Sequence record: NC_019500.1
Reading direction: 5' to 3' (one strand)
Length of the DNA stretch: 64,000 nucleotides
Origin: Escherichia phage Bp7
Position 1 is the first letter of the stretch, and every line of letters starts with the position of its first letter. This document shows positions 51,105 to 61,746 of this stretch, one piece after another. The notes under the pieces are model-generated. The model had not been told where the DNA came from. It did not search any database and worked only from the letters and a program-made list of their open reading frames with translations. Made by a program: the position numbers and the translations under genes.

Positions 51105-52693
51105 TATGGTGCTGGGTTTAAAGTCACAAAATCTGACAATAGCACCCACGCATTATCAACAAGAACATATGGAAGTCCATCAGCAACTGGAGCCACTGGT
51201 GGACGTTTAGCAAGTTCAGTTTCTAATGCAGTGATTTTATCTTCTGCTGTAGTAACTCTAGAAGTTAAAGCTGCCACATTACCATCGGTAACAACTAAAT
51301 CAGCTTTAACGGTCCCTATTTCAGTAGAAACGTTAGGAACTTCGGTCCACGTAGCATTACGACGAGCATAAAGCTTACCATCGGAAGGGGCATCATTCAA
51401 CTTACCTAACATCCGGGTTTCTAAAGAAGTAACCGCGTTAATAAGACCACGTTCTTCTACAGTAGTACCGTTAGGGTTTGTCCCGTCAACCTTATTGGTG
51501 AGTTTAAGTAAAGTACCCTTAATACCGGATTGGTTATTTCCAATTTCTACTTGAATATCCTGGATAGATGAAGTAGATTGGTTTGCTTGGATAATAACGT
51601 CATTTAAACGCTTATTAATGGTCCCAGCTGCCGGAGATACTTCACTACCTAAACGGCGGTTGATATCAGTAACTTGGAAACGTAAGCCATCACTTGAACT
51701 AACACCCACTATGGTTTTAAGGTCATTTACATCAGTACGAAGACCGCTTAAACGTCCATTAATAGAAGTAGGAGTTGATTCAGAACCTATTTGGGTTTCA
51801 ATTGATGTTACACGAGGTTTTAAATCAACGTTGACTGAATTTTCTAGGGTAAGAGTTTTGCTTTCTAAAGTAGTTACTCGGTCCTTTATAGGCATACCGG
51901 AGAAATCAATATTAGTCTTAATTTCGTCGATAGATGTATTGAAATTAATTGCAGCCGTTTCTAATACAGAAATTCGGGTATAAGCCTGTTGTTTACCTAC
52001 CGTATCGGAATGGGGCCCAAGTTCAGCACGAATTTCATTTAATTTAATACCTAGTTGCCCGACGTCAGAATCTTCATAATTCCTTTCAAGGGTATCAATG
52101 CGAAGACGATGGTCGACCAATTGAGTGGTATTATCAATGATGCGACGTTTCATACCGGTGGCTTCGCTGGTTTCACCAGGAGGCAACGGATTACCATTTA
52201 TATCCTGGTTTTCATAATGACCTATTTCGGTTTTAAGAAGAACAATATTTTCACGTACAGTTAAATACGGGCCGTCTTGTAAAGGGTCGTGGTAGCCAAC
52301 GTCTTCTTTTAGGTGGTCTAAATTTATGGTTAAATTGTTTAGCCCAGTAGTGGTTTCGCCTTCTACTCTCTTAAGCTCTACGATATCAACACGGTTTTTC
52401 TCAATTTGTTGGATGACGGAAATATCCGTAGCCATTTCTAAGGCATCATTGATATTATTAACGTTTTCTACCAGTTCGTTAACTTTATCTGCGGTTTTCA
52501 AATCATTCGCATCAAGAGCTTCAACGTTTTTCTGAACTCCTAAAGCAGCAGCGTTCAAATTACCTTCATTGCCGTATTTTGTTTTTGCTGCAGACATACA
52601 ATCACCCTCGCGTATCCATTGGATACGCTTTTGAGGAGCATCAGGTACGCCGTCAACAAATGGTAACTCACTAAGTTCCAATTTGTTAATCAT
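51104..52693 (-). CDS. wac: Fibritin (whisker) Wac
   Basis: 529 aa; N-terminus ...LSELPFVDGVPDAPQKRIQWI..., long coiled-coil, C-terminal foldon-like ...GLPYVLVDNAWVLLSDF. Confidence 0.85.
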   Translation of the reverse strand: MINKLELSELPFVDGVPDAPQKRIQWIREGDCMSAAKTKYGNEGNLNAAALGVQKNVEALDANDLKTADKVNELVENVNNINDALEMATDISVIQQIEKNRVDIVELKRVEGETTTGLNNLTINLDHLKEDVGYHDPLQDGPYLTVRENIVLLKTEIGHYENQDINGNPLPPGETSEATGMKRRIIDNTTQLVDHRLRIDTLERNYEDSDVGQLGIKLNEIRAELGPHSDTVGKQQAYTRISVLETAAINFNTSIDEIKTNIDFSGMPIKDRVTTLESKTLTLENSVNVDLKPRVTSIETQIGSESTPTSINGRLSGLRTDVNDLKTIVGVSSSDGLRFQVTDINRRLGSEVSPAAGTINKRLNDVIIQANQSTSSIQDIQVEIGNNQSGIKGTLLKLTNKVDGTNPNGTTVEERGLINAVTSLETRMLGKLNDAPSDGKLYARRNATWTEVPNVSTEIGTVKADLVVTDGNVAALTSRVTTAEDKITALETELAKRPPVAPVADGLPYVLVDNAWVLLSDFVTLNPAP

Positions 52694-52702
52694 TTTTTAC
52701 CC

Positions 52703-54229
52703 TTATTCTACTTTAATAATAAAAAGAACGGACATTGTCCATGGACGTGTTTCGTTGGCAATAAGACCTTCACTATTCAATGTGGTATGTCCATCACGGT
52801 TCCAAGGATCGGTGGTCTCAAAACCTTCGTTGGTATAATAACTACGGTTATCCCAGTCAAGGCCTTTACGAGTACCAACATATCCGGAGTTAGCGGTGTT
52901 ACCAAAAGCGCCATAGTTATCATGTTCACCAAAACCACCAGCATGTTTATGATAACGTAATGCTTGGGCTTGAACGGAAGATTGTGGGAACGAACCAACA
53001 CCGTTGCCTAAACGGGCCTTACCTTTACCGTCTTGTCCTCGGTTACCAGCAATATGCGGGTTAACTTCGCCTTCAGAATATCCACCAACCATGTTAGCGC
53101 CACGAGGATATAATCCACGGAAATCTGGAATAGCACCCCACCATCCCCAACGCCCACCAACAGCATTTAAATATGCACCACCAGTGTAAGTCCCACCTAC
53201 ACAAGCACGCCATTTACCAGGTATATTACCTTCATTGCCACCCCACATGCAAATAGTACCCACCGGAACGCTATCTGATAATTGGTCATGGGTAACAACA
53301 TCAACACCATTACGACGTAATGCTCCATTAACGTTTAAAGTACCCCATATTTCGCCGCCTGAAGTAGAAATAACGTTAGCATTATAAGCCAGTGCCGTAT
53401 TACCATCGCCTTGGCCTACAGTAGTAGATAAACGAACCAACCCAATACGTCCAGTATTACCTGTACGAGCTAACAAAGAAGCAGGTGTAACAGCGGCAGT
53501 GTGGTCGGTACCATTAGATACCATATCCCAACCAGCGAGTTTAATAATACCACTTCTGGCTTCGGTGGAAGTTAATGTGGCTAATCCGGCTGGAGAAATA
53601 GCAATACCCACCGAAAGACTTCCATTACCAACCTCGGCATTGGTCGCTAAACGAACTAAACCTTCATTTGTAGTCGTTGCTGTAGAATAAACCGGTAACG
53701 CTGCCGTCGCTGCACCAATTGCCTGAGATACTTTAAGTGGGGTCATTGCTGTGGTATCATCGGTACCAGCTAATGCGGCAGGTGTAGTTGAAATCTTGAT
53801 AACGCCTGTAGCGTTCTCTGTTGATAAACGGTTCTCAAATGTATAATCCATTACCGCTTTCAAAGAGGTTGCTACGATTGCAGCCTGGGGCTCTGTGCCT
53901 GCTATAGCTTCAGCGTTAGTAGCATAACGGGTGATACCTACATAAGTTTCTGTTGCCTGAGTAGGAATATCTAAACGGGCTTTTAAAGTTGCTGGAGTCA
54001 CCGCACTATAAGCATCCAATCCATCCATTACTTCTTGTGTGGTTGCAAGACGAATAATACCTTGGGATGTTTCTGTGGCTGAAGGAACATTACCTGTGAC
54101 GCCGATTAATGAAATAGTGGCCAATGCTTCTTGAACATTAGTAATATCAGGCGGGAAATTCGACCCAGTAGGGTCGAATGATTTGAATTCCGATTTATCA
54201 CTAATGTGTTTTAGTGTGTTTGTTGACAT
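52703..54229 (-). CDS. 12: Short tail fiber protein gp12
   Basis: 508 aa; synteny; repetitive beta-rich sequence. Confidence 0.85.
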   Translation of the reverse strand: MSTNTLKHISDKSEFKSFDPTGSNFPPDITNVQEALATISLIGVTGNVPSATETSQGIIRLATTQEVMDGLDAYSAVTPATLKARLDIPTQATETYVGITRYATNAEAIAGTEPQAAIVATSLKAVMDYTFENRLSTENATGVIKISTTPAALAGTDDTTAMTPLKVSQAIGAATAALPVYSTATTTNEGLVRLATNAEVGNGSLSVGIAISPAGLATLTSTEARSGIIKLAGWDMVSNGTDHTAAVTPASLLARTGNTGRIGLVRLSTTVGQGDGNTALAYNANVISTSGGEIWGTLNVNGALRRNGVDVVTHDQLSDSVPVGTICMWGGNEGNIPGKWRACVGGTYTGGAYLNAVGGRWGWWGAIPDFRGLYPRGANMVGGYSEGEVNPHIAGNRGQDGKGKARLGNGVGSFPQSSVQAQALRYHKHAGGFGEHDNYGAFGNTANSGYVGTRKGLDWDNRSYYTNEGFETTDPWNRDGHTTLNSEGLIANETRPWTMSVLFIIKVE

Positions 54230-54894
54230 TAATATAATCTCTTATAGTAATATAAAGGAATCGTGCCGTTAACTGTACCACCTGCTAACGATTGGGTAGA
54301 GTTACCTAAGTATTCCCACTTACCGTATCCAGCCCTTGGCTGTTGGACTATAGTATGGGAAATTGTACAACCCGATTGTTTATATGGTGAAAAAATATGA
54401 TTCTGATAGTCATTGTATTTAATATTCAAGGTAGATTGGTCTAAGGCATCAATAGCAGTTTCGGCTAAAATATAGCTATTAGCAATAGCGTCTAAAAACA
54501 CATCATTTACTTTAGATGCAACCAATACAGATGAATCGCCAACTAAGACCTCTACAGGAAGTCCGAACACTTTAATAATAACCGGGTCGCCAAGTTCACC
54601 GCCTGAAGAAATAGAACCGGTAAATGTAATTTTATCAGATTGCTGAATAAATCCAGGTGCTCTGTTTTCTGTGGTAATAATAACAGAGTTCACAGGAAGC
54701 TCTGTTCTAAATGCAATATCATCTATTGCACTTTGGACTGTAGGAAAATAAACACCCTTCTGGGTTTGGTTTGCAGAAGGCCCACCGATAGGACGTTGGT
54801 CAGCGACAGCAGTAGGCTTGTCACTAGTGTAAGATAATTCCAAATAATCGGCTAAGCGGGATTTTAACCCGCTTTTCATTTCAGTTAAAGTCAT
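54229..54894 (-). CDS. 11: Baseplate wedge protein gp11
   Basis: 221 aa; synteny. Confidence 0.85.
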   Translation of the reverse strand: MTLTEMKSGLKSRLADYLELSYTSDKPTAVADQRPIGGPSANQTQKGVYFPTVQSAIDDIAFRTELPVNSVIITTENRAPGFIQQSDKITFTGSISSGGELGDPVIIKVFGLPVEVLVGDSSVLVASKVNDVFLDAIANSYILAETAIDALDQSTLNIKYNDYQNHIFSPYKQSGCTISHTIVQQPRAGYGKWEYLGNSTQSLAGGTVNGTIPLYYYKRLY

Positions 54895-56705
54895 TATGCA
54901 ATCCTCATCCAGCGATGAACAGTTAAGTATGGTGGTAGAGTATTAACCGGGATAGGAGTGGTTCCTTGAGCCTTATTAATACTGGCTTTATCTTCACGAT
55001 ATTTTGTATAAGCCGGTCCTTGTGAATCAGGGTCAACTAAACACCCACCTACAAAAATAGGGCCATCGTTATCAGCAATAAGGACTTTATCATCGGTATT
55101 AAGTTCAGGGATATTCTCATATTTCAAATTAGCCACATGAGCGCCACCAGTACCGCCAGCAGTTGACTGTGGAATACCGGCAGAATCCAGATCGTTGTTA
55201 TTTGCATTAAACAAAGAACTAGCGTCAGGAGACCAACCTACCAAGAACACATCAGATAAACGCTTCCATGAACCAAAGCCCATATAAGTTTTAGGGTTAT
55301 TAGGGTTCACCGTATTCTCATAGATGGTTCCTATTGGGTAAACCAAATCAAAAAACGTTGCTGCTGTATCTATTGTAATATTGGACGCGGCGACCTGTTC
55401 AACGTTAGGTGCAAAAGGATTATCTACATCAGTAATACGAACTTGACCTGTTATATCGATAGAAGGCCCTTTGGAAATATAGATGTTGTTGGTATAATCC
55501 AAAATCTCATCAATTTCCATGGTGGTACCGATATCATTATTGTACCAAATTACTGTAAGAATATCACCATGTTCAAAGTTACGTCCAAATTCAATGGATT
55601 CAATCTTGTCTTCAGGAGTCAAATTAAAAATATAGTCTGATTTAGATTGGGTCCATTGACCACCAGCATTAAAACACTCGGTAGCAGTACGACCATCAGC
55701 ACCTTCACAATAAAACGAAGGAAGTCCTGCTGTACCCGCTTGATGAAGTAATGTGCTATTAAGCATGACTTGACAAGCATTTGGGTTGATAGGGCTGTTA
55801 ACAGAAATATTCAAATCTGCGGCTGATATAACATGCGAAGTATTCAAATCTCCGACGAAAGAAGAACCAGGAACAGAAACGTTTTTAGTCAATTCTGAAC
55901 TTTGGATTGTTATATCACGGCGGTTATAAGAACTACGCCATTGAGCAAGTCCGTCATTATATGATTTGATAATAACAGTATCACCTGCTTCACAAGGATA
56001 TTTTAAACGGATGTCCTTACCATTCAAAGCTACCAATTCGCCTGGTTGAGCACCTGGAGAACCGAACTCTGCGGTAGCAGCGTCAAAAATATCATCAATA
56101 CCGTAGAACAAATTGTTACCACGTTGCGAAACGCTTAAACTTGCTACGTTATAAGAAAGCCCTGGGAAAATGTCTAGAAAATCTGTTTGGCCTTCAGTGG
56201 CAATAAACTGCTTAGTTGCTACAGTAGCGAGGTCGTTATTTGGAATACGGTTTACTTGCTTATTTTCAACGTATTCCCATCGTCCTGGGGCACAATAAAC
56301 TAATTCAAGGTCCGAGAAGTTGCGAGCAATTTCTACTTGAGTAGCTGAACCCTTAATGGTATCACCCGTGGCAGGGATTAGGGTTACAGGGTTAGCTTGC
56401 CATGAGGAATACACATCACGTACACGGATAACAAAGTTATATTCTTCAGGAGAGCCTTTAGGAAGCTGAACGTTAATACGCCCACCTTGAGTATTAAGGG
56501 TATAGCTATGACCCATTACAGCGTTCAACAAAGCACCATCTGCAGTAGAATGCTGTTTCCAAGCGCCTGCTGCATGAGGGTTGTTGCCATCACCTAATTG
56601 GTAATAAAGCTCATTGAAGTTGTTATTAATTTTAAGACCACCTGCACGCAGGTAATCACCGGACCCGTCATCAACAGCGGAACCTACTTTTAAGTCTTGT
56701 TTCAT
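54894..56705 (-). CDS. 10: Baseplate wedge protein gp10
   Basis: 603 aa; synteny. Confidence 0.85.
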   Translation of the reverse strand: MKQDLKVGSAVDDGSGDYLRAGGLKINNNFNELYYQLGDGNNPHAAGAWKQHSTADGALLNAVMGHSYTLNTQGGRINVQLPKGSPEEYNFVIRVRDVYSSWQANPVTLIPATGDTIKGSATQVEIARNFSDLELVYCAPGRWEYVENKQVNRIPNNDLATVATKQFIATEGQTDFLDIFPGLSYNVASLSVSQRGNNLFYGIDDIFDAATAEFGSPGAQPGELVALNGKDIRLKYPCEAGDTVIIKSYNDGLAQWRSSYNRRDITIQSSELTKNVSVPGSSFVGDLNTSHVISAADLNISVNSPINPNACQVMLNSTLLHQAGTAGLPSFYCEGADGRTATECFNAGGQWTQSKSDYIFNLTPEDKIESIEFGRNFEHGDILTVIWYNNDIGTTMEIDEILDYTNNIYISKGPSIDITGQVRITDVDNPFAPNVEQVAASNITIDTAATFFDLVYPIGTIYENTVNPNNPKTYMGFGSWKRLSDVFLVGWSPDASSLFNANNNDLDSAGIPQSTAGGTGGAHVANLKYENIPELNTDDKVLIADNDGPIFVGGCLVDPDSQGPAYTKYREDKASINKAQGTTPIPVNTLPPYLTVHRWMRIA

Positions 56706-57565
56706 TATACTGGAACTCCAATAGTTTGGGTTTCTACGACCTTAATTGCAAGCCTCATAGGATTGACAGAAGAAGCGGTCGCGATAATATAGTTTGATGT
56801 ATCAAATTTAAAATCTAGGGAATAAATTTCGTCATCATCTGAAGTTTGCCCACGTTTAATAACAGCGTATTCGGTGGAATAAATCTTTTTAGCTTGGTTG
56901 TCGATAAACACAAGATATTCTGAAGCTTTGTAAATGGTTTCGTTGGCATTCACTGCCGTAACTAAAAGTTTGACCAATGAATACTGGCCGGAATAAACCA
57001 CCGGAATATCACGAGCGACAGAAGATATATTATATGTCTTATTTAATGGAACTCGTTTATCACCAAACATACTTTCAATTGAATAATCCCATACTGCAAT
57101 GCCGTTTGTATCTGATACACACCATAAAAGAACTCGTGTATAAGGTGTTACGATACGCAAAGTCGAAGTTGAATGGCTTGCAAAAGTATCCAATATACGG
57201 ATTTCAAGATAATTAGTGGAAGAAATACTCCCGTTAGAGTTGATAATCTCGATTCCTTCACCGACTGCACCTTTTACAGTGGTTAATACGATAGAACCGG
57301 TAGAAGCATCGATATCCACCAAAGAGCCTAAATCTACTGAGCTTGCTTGGTCCATATCACCAAATTTTTGATAATAACCTGTAGCGTGTAATTTCTGACC
57401 GGTTAATTCACCAGTTAAAGCAGTTTTGCGTTGGTCGCCGAAAGTATTATATATGTTGTTTAAGTCAGTGTTCAGTTTAACACCGCCATCATAAAGAATG
57501 TCGCCGGTGCTGGCATTACCAATTTCACCGACGTCAATTAGTTCTTTACCAGTTTGCTTAATCAT
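56705..57565 (-). CDS. 9: Baseplate wedge protein gp9 (long tail fiber socket)
   Basis: 286 aa; synteny. Confidence 0.85.
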   Translation of the reverse strand: MIKQTGKELIDVGEIGNASTGDILYDGGVKLNTDLNNIYNTFGDQRKTALTGELTGQKLHATGYYQKFGDMDQASSVDLGSLVDIDASTGSIVLTTVKGAVGEGIEIINSNGSISSTNYLEIRILDTFASHSTSTLRIVTPYTRVLLWCVSDTNGIAVWDYSIESMFGDKRVPLNKTYNISSVARDIPVVYSGQYSLVKLLVTAVNANETIYKASEYLVFIDNQAKKIYSTEYAVIKRGQTSDDDEIYSLDFKFDTSNYIIATASSVNPMRLAIKVVETQTIGVPV

Positions 57566-57599
57566 AGGTATGCCTCATTATTGATATACTGTATTTATT

Positions 57600-57626
57600 A
57601 AACCCGAAAGGGCCTTGCGGCCCTTA
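57600..57626 (-). terminator. Hairpin GGGCCTTGCGGCCC downstream of gene 8
   Basis: Stem-loop with flanking T-rich run on minus strand. Confidence 0.45.
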
Positions 57627-58631
57627 TTAGAATTCGAAGATAATGTTAATTTCTTCTGTTTGGTCCATGGAACGAATAACCGGAGGACGGTTTTCCATAT
57701 AAATCATTTCACCTGAATGGCGGGAGAGGTCTATAACATCATAGTACTCTTTTTCGGCTTTAATGATCGGATCGGATGGGTGAGCTTTAGCTTCTAATGG
57801 ATTAGAAATTATCGAAAGCTGTCTAAATCCTTTGTTACCAGGAAGACTAAATTCAGGGAAGTAAACTGAATCTAAGAATGCTTTAAAACGAATGGTATTG
57901 CCTTTAATACGATAAATCAATCCATAATCGTCTTGCTGCCAAGTAAGATTATTCTCGTATCCCCAACGTTCAGGGTCTTCGGCAATTTCTTCTGGCCATG
58001 GTACTACAATATATTCATTAGTGCAACGGTTAATACTTACATCAGGTGGAATCTCATACAAATATTCCCAGAGATACCCATCACCCGTATCAACCATACC
58101 TTCCGTATCACCTTGACCTGCTGGAGCTTTAACCGACTGTACATTTGAGGTCCATTTACCACCAAGTTTAATACACTCAGTTTTATTATCAAGGGACAAA
58201 ATAGAACATGTACCTGATTCTGGGATATCTACACAACGATAAACCATCCACCCGGCACCGACATCAGTACGGTTTTGCGGCTGGCTGTTCGCCACTACAA
58301 TTTCACCAATCTGGAAAGTAAACGGATTAGGATAAGAGGTATCGCCCCAGTCTTTGCGCGGGACAACACAATCCAACATGCTCTTATAAACCTTAACGCA
58401 TCCCATCATGTTTGTCCAGACGTCTTCTACGCCTTCAGAATCATCTACAGGATATGGCGGGGCAAAACCTGGGTCGTTTTCGTTATCTGCCCATGGTCGG
58501 GCCCTTCCGAAAGATACATACATGGTGTTCTGGTCTTCACCATCACCTATTGTTCTGTAAAAGTTGTACATTTTTTCCGTTCTAAATTTTGAAGTAACAA
58601 TAGAACGATAAACTACTGTAGAATTAATCAT
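57627..58631 (-). CDS. 8: Baseplate wedge protein gp8
   Basis: 334 aa (T4 334 aa); synteny. Confidence 0.85.
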   Translation of the reverse strand: MINSTVVYRSIVTSKFRTEKMYNFYRTIGDGEDQNTMYVSFGRARPWADNENDPGFAPPYPVDDSEGVEDVWTNMMGCVKVYKSMLDCVVPRKDWGDTSYPNPFTFQIGEIVVANSQPQNRTDVGAGWMVYRCVDIPESGTCSILSLDNKTECIKLGGKWTSNVQSVKAPAGQGDTEGMVDTGDGYLWEYLYEIPPDVSINRCTNEYIVVPWPEEIAEDPERWGYENNLTWQQDDYGLIYRIKGNTIRFKAFLDSVYFPEFSLPGNKGFRQLSIISNPLEAKAHPSDPIIKAEKEYYDVIDLSRHSGEMIYMENRPPVIRSMDQTEEINIIFEF

Positions 58632-61600
58632 TAATTTTTACCTGAGTTGGAACTTTAGGGTCTCTAGGATTTCCAATATCGTCTTTAAGACGCTTATCAA
58701 CCAGTGCACGCCAATTGGCAAAGGTCGCAGCACTTTGGTCAAACAATGGACTATGCTTTTTAATACGTTCGTGTGGTAATTGACCTTGGAATACAGAGAA
58801 ATCATTTTCCGCATCATAATCTGCAGGGATATCAAACGGTTCTCCTGCTTTAGGTCCAACGTTATAAACCGGAAGTCCTGTTCTAGGGTCTCGTTCTATA
58901 TTACCATCAAAACCTATTACAGCAACTCTATCATACCATTCAGATGGCAAACCTGAGTCCCATTTGTAGTTCTTAAGGATATTAATAATAGTTTCTGTAT
59001 GTTTTAGCGTTAAACCTACGTTAACGAACATAGAAAGCAAAGTTATACCTACAAAGCCGAAACCTACTGGATGAACAAATCTCAAAACATCGTTGCGATA
59101 ACGAGAAGTAGGGAGATTAGACTTAATGGTCATCACATAATAAGAACGGTTACGGTTGATATAGTCGATATTGTTACTCAAAAGCTCTTTACCACGTACG
59201 CCCTGAACAATCATACCCTTGAACGAAGTACGTTCAGATTTAATTTCCTGTCCGACTATAAAACGACCTAAAAGATTATGAATGGTTAAACGCCATTGCA
59301 GTTTACCATCTTTGTAATTTCGTTCTATATAAGTAACATTACTACGACCTGTAGGAGTATAAATCGTTTGGCCTACGATATCTTCACTGATATTATCAGA
59401 TTCTACGATGATATCATATTCGATAGAGTTCTTGGACTCGATATCAATTTCTACATCTTCATTGTAAAGCAATTTAAACAGGAATTTATATGAAGCTTCG
59501 GTACCTTTTGTAGACCAAAAATCGGTTTGGCGCGCCTGGAAAAAACGAACTACTTCGTCGCGTTTTTCTTTCGACAAATAGATATTACGCTTATAGATTT
59601 CCGACCACAAATATTCCCATGAATCTTCTTCACGTGGGTATTGGTTACGAATAAGATTCAACAAATTATTATAGTGTGTACCTGAGCCATCACTAATAAA
59701 TTGGAGATAGTATTCACAGAATTTTTCAAAGTTGCTATCTTGAAGCAAATAACTATCTGGAATCATTTTAACCAGTAAAGGCTGGAGGTCCGGGTCTTGC
59801 TCACCAACTTCCTCTTTAGGTTTCCACGGGATTTCATGTTCTTGGTTTTGCAATTCAGCCGTAAACATAATTTCTTTAGGCTTCCAAATAACACGGACTT
59901 CATCGCGTACACGATAGTCGAATTCAAAATATCCAACCAATTCACCTGTAGATTTGTGAATCATCATTCCAGAAGAATATTTCTTAAAGCCGTTGAACTC
60001 TATATTAGGAGATGTGACTTTACAAAAACCTTTATTCCAAATCTCATGAACAATACGTTCAGGTGAAGAACCACTGTTCAGGTCGATAATTTTCTGGTAT
60101 AAAGCATCGTTATAAACAACCATCGCATGGTCACCAGTGGTAATCCATGAACGGGTTCCATCGCGTCGAGACCAACTAAAGAATGGTTCGGCATAATAAG
60201 CCATACGCCCAGGTTTAAATTCTTTGAAATCGGATTTAGAGTTAGACCTAAAACTCATCATCAAATAATGTTTATCGTGAATCCATTGTTCATCTTTAAC
60301 ATATTTAACGGCGGAGGTGACAATTTCAGGGTATTCCAAAGGAAGCTCAGAATCAACCTCTACTTCATATCTAAAGTTGCTTGAACTGAAAAATAATTCC
60401 TCTCCATCAGTAGACATGCTGGTATATCCATGCTCTATACGACGACGTTCTTCTTCAGTGTTTCCAAATACACGGGTCCATGTATCAGTTGAAGTGTCTA
60501 ACCAATAAACACCTTTGGATTCAGAATCAACCACATTGGATTCGACCGTAGGGTCCATTTTTTCTTCTTTAACTTCACCTGTAATTAAAGCAAATGTATG
60601 GCCTTGGATAGAATCTAATTTATAACAAACTGCTTTAGGGTTCCCTGTGATAGTTGAATATCCGCTTTCAAATATCTTCTCTCCATAAGTCGGAGAACTA
60701 GGGTCGGTGTCTATAGGTGCCTCAGATGTTTTTGCTTTATAAACTCTGTCTCTACCTGCAACATAAATGAAATCATCAGAAGCGCATATAGCTTCAGCAA
60801 TAGTGGAAATAGGCAAAGGAAGTTTTGCATATGACCCAAATATCTCGATTTCAAATGGAAGGTCGATATCACTACCTATTTTAGCAAATGTTATATCTTG
60901 GGAGCTAAAACGGACATCATCAGCAGACCAACGAATATCACTTGATTTACGTCCGTAAAATATTTGGTCATAACCTAGAACATACGTAGTAGTTTCAGTT
61001 TGGTAATGTGCCGTACGTGAAACAGGGTTACCTACTCGGTCATTAAACAAACGGATATAATGCCAGTTCTGCCCTTTATCATTAGAAACCTTAGCAGTAC
61101 TTTGGAACCTTTCTAAAAGGTAAAGTACACCACCAAGTTCCATTAAAATAGAACGTTTAGGGTCTTTACAAACCGCTTGGATGCTTCCTTGGATTTCATG
61201 GAATCGGTCTGCTTTTAAAACATAATTTGATATAGATGACAAATGCGAATACGCTGGCGTAAAGTTAAAATCTTCCGTCATTAAGGAAGCCATAATGGCA
61301 TCGGTATTAAAGTTCACATAATTCTGATTATTTTTTGTGAATTTTTCTTCAATAAATTTATTAGACAAAGTGAATTCACGCATATGCTCAAATGTATATG
61401 CGTTGGTAGAGAAAGTTTCAAATTCTTCAGTGTAAACCCATTCAGACTGCTCAAACCCCTGGGCGGCCACCGCAACTCGCATTTTATAAAATGAATTAGG
61501 AGAAATGAATGCCTCTTCAAACCATTCGTTATTAGGGGTGTAACCTAAATTTCTCCAAAATAATCTATCGTCGGGAATTTCTACACCCGCATCCTTCGTT

Positions 61601-61719
61601 TGGGCCAGTTCTACGAAATAATAGAAGTTGGCGCCTACGTCATCCCAAAGAATGCTCACATGGTTAGCCGAGAGTTTATCAATTCTCAGACTAGTAACAT
61701 AAGGCGCTTGTACAGACAT
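58624..61719 (-). CDS. 7: Baseplate wedge protein gp7
   Basis: 1031 aa (T4 1032 aa); synteny. Confidence 0.85.
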   Translation of the reverse strand: MSVQAPYVTSLRIDKLSANHVSILWDDVGANFYYFVELAQTKDAGVEIPDDRLFWRNLGYTPNNEWFEEAFISPNSFYKMRVAVAAQGFEQSEWVYTEEFETFSTNAYTFEHMREFTLSNKFIEEKFTKNNQNYVNFNTDAIMASLMTEDFNFTPAYSHLSSISNYVLKADRFHEIQGSIQAVCKDPKRSILMELGGVLYLLERFQSTAKVSNDKGQNWHYIRLFNDRVGNPVSRTAHYQTETTTYVLGYDQIFYGRKSSDIRWSADDVRFSSQDITFAKIGSDIDLPFEIEIFGSYAKLPLPISTIAEAICASDDFIYVAGRDRVYKAKTSEAPIDTDPSSPTYGEKIFESGYSTITGNPKAVCYKLDSIQGHTFALITGEVKEEKMDPTVESNVVDSESKGVYWLDTSTDTWTRVFGNTEEERRRIEHGYTSMSTDGEELFFSSSNFRYEVEVDSELPLEYPEIVTSAVKYVKDEQWIHDKHYLMMSFRSNSKSDFKEFKPGRMAYYAEPFFSWSRRDGTRSWITTGDHAMVVYNDALYQKIIDLNSGSSPERIVHEIWNKGFCKVTSPNIEFNGFKKYSSGMMIHKSTGELVGYFEFDYRVRDEVRVIWKPKEIMFTAELQNQEHEIPWKPKEEVGEQDPDLQPLLVKMIPDSYLLQDSNFEKFCEYYLQFISDGSGTHYNNLLNLIRNQYPREEDSWEYLWSEIYKRNIYLSKEKRDEVVRFFQARQTDFWSTKGTEASYKFLFKLLYNEDVEIDIESKNSIEYDIIVESDNISEDIVGQTIYTPTGRSNVTYIERNYKDGKLQWRLTIHNLLGRFIVGQEIKSERTSFKGMIVQGVRGKELLSNNIDYINRNRSYYVMTIKSNLPTSRYRNDVLRFVHPVGFGFVGITLLSMFVNVGLTLKHTETIINILKNYKWDSGLPSEWYDRVAVIGFDGNIERDPRTGLPVYNVGPKAGEPFDIPADYDAENDFSVFQGQLPHERIKKHSPLFDQSAATFANWRALVDKRLKDDIGNPRDPKVPTQVKIND

Positions 61720-61746
61720 TAAATCTCCTTAAACCTCCGAAGAGGT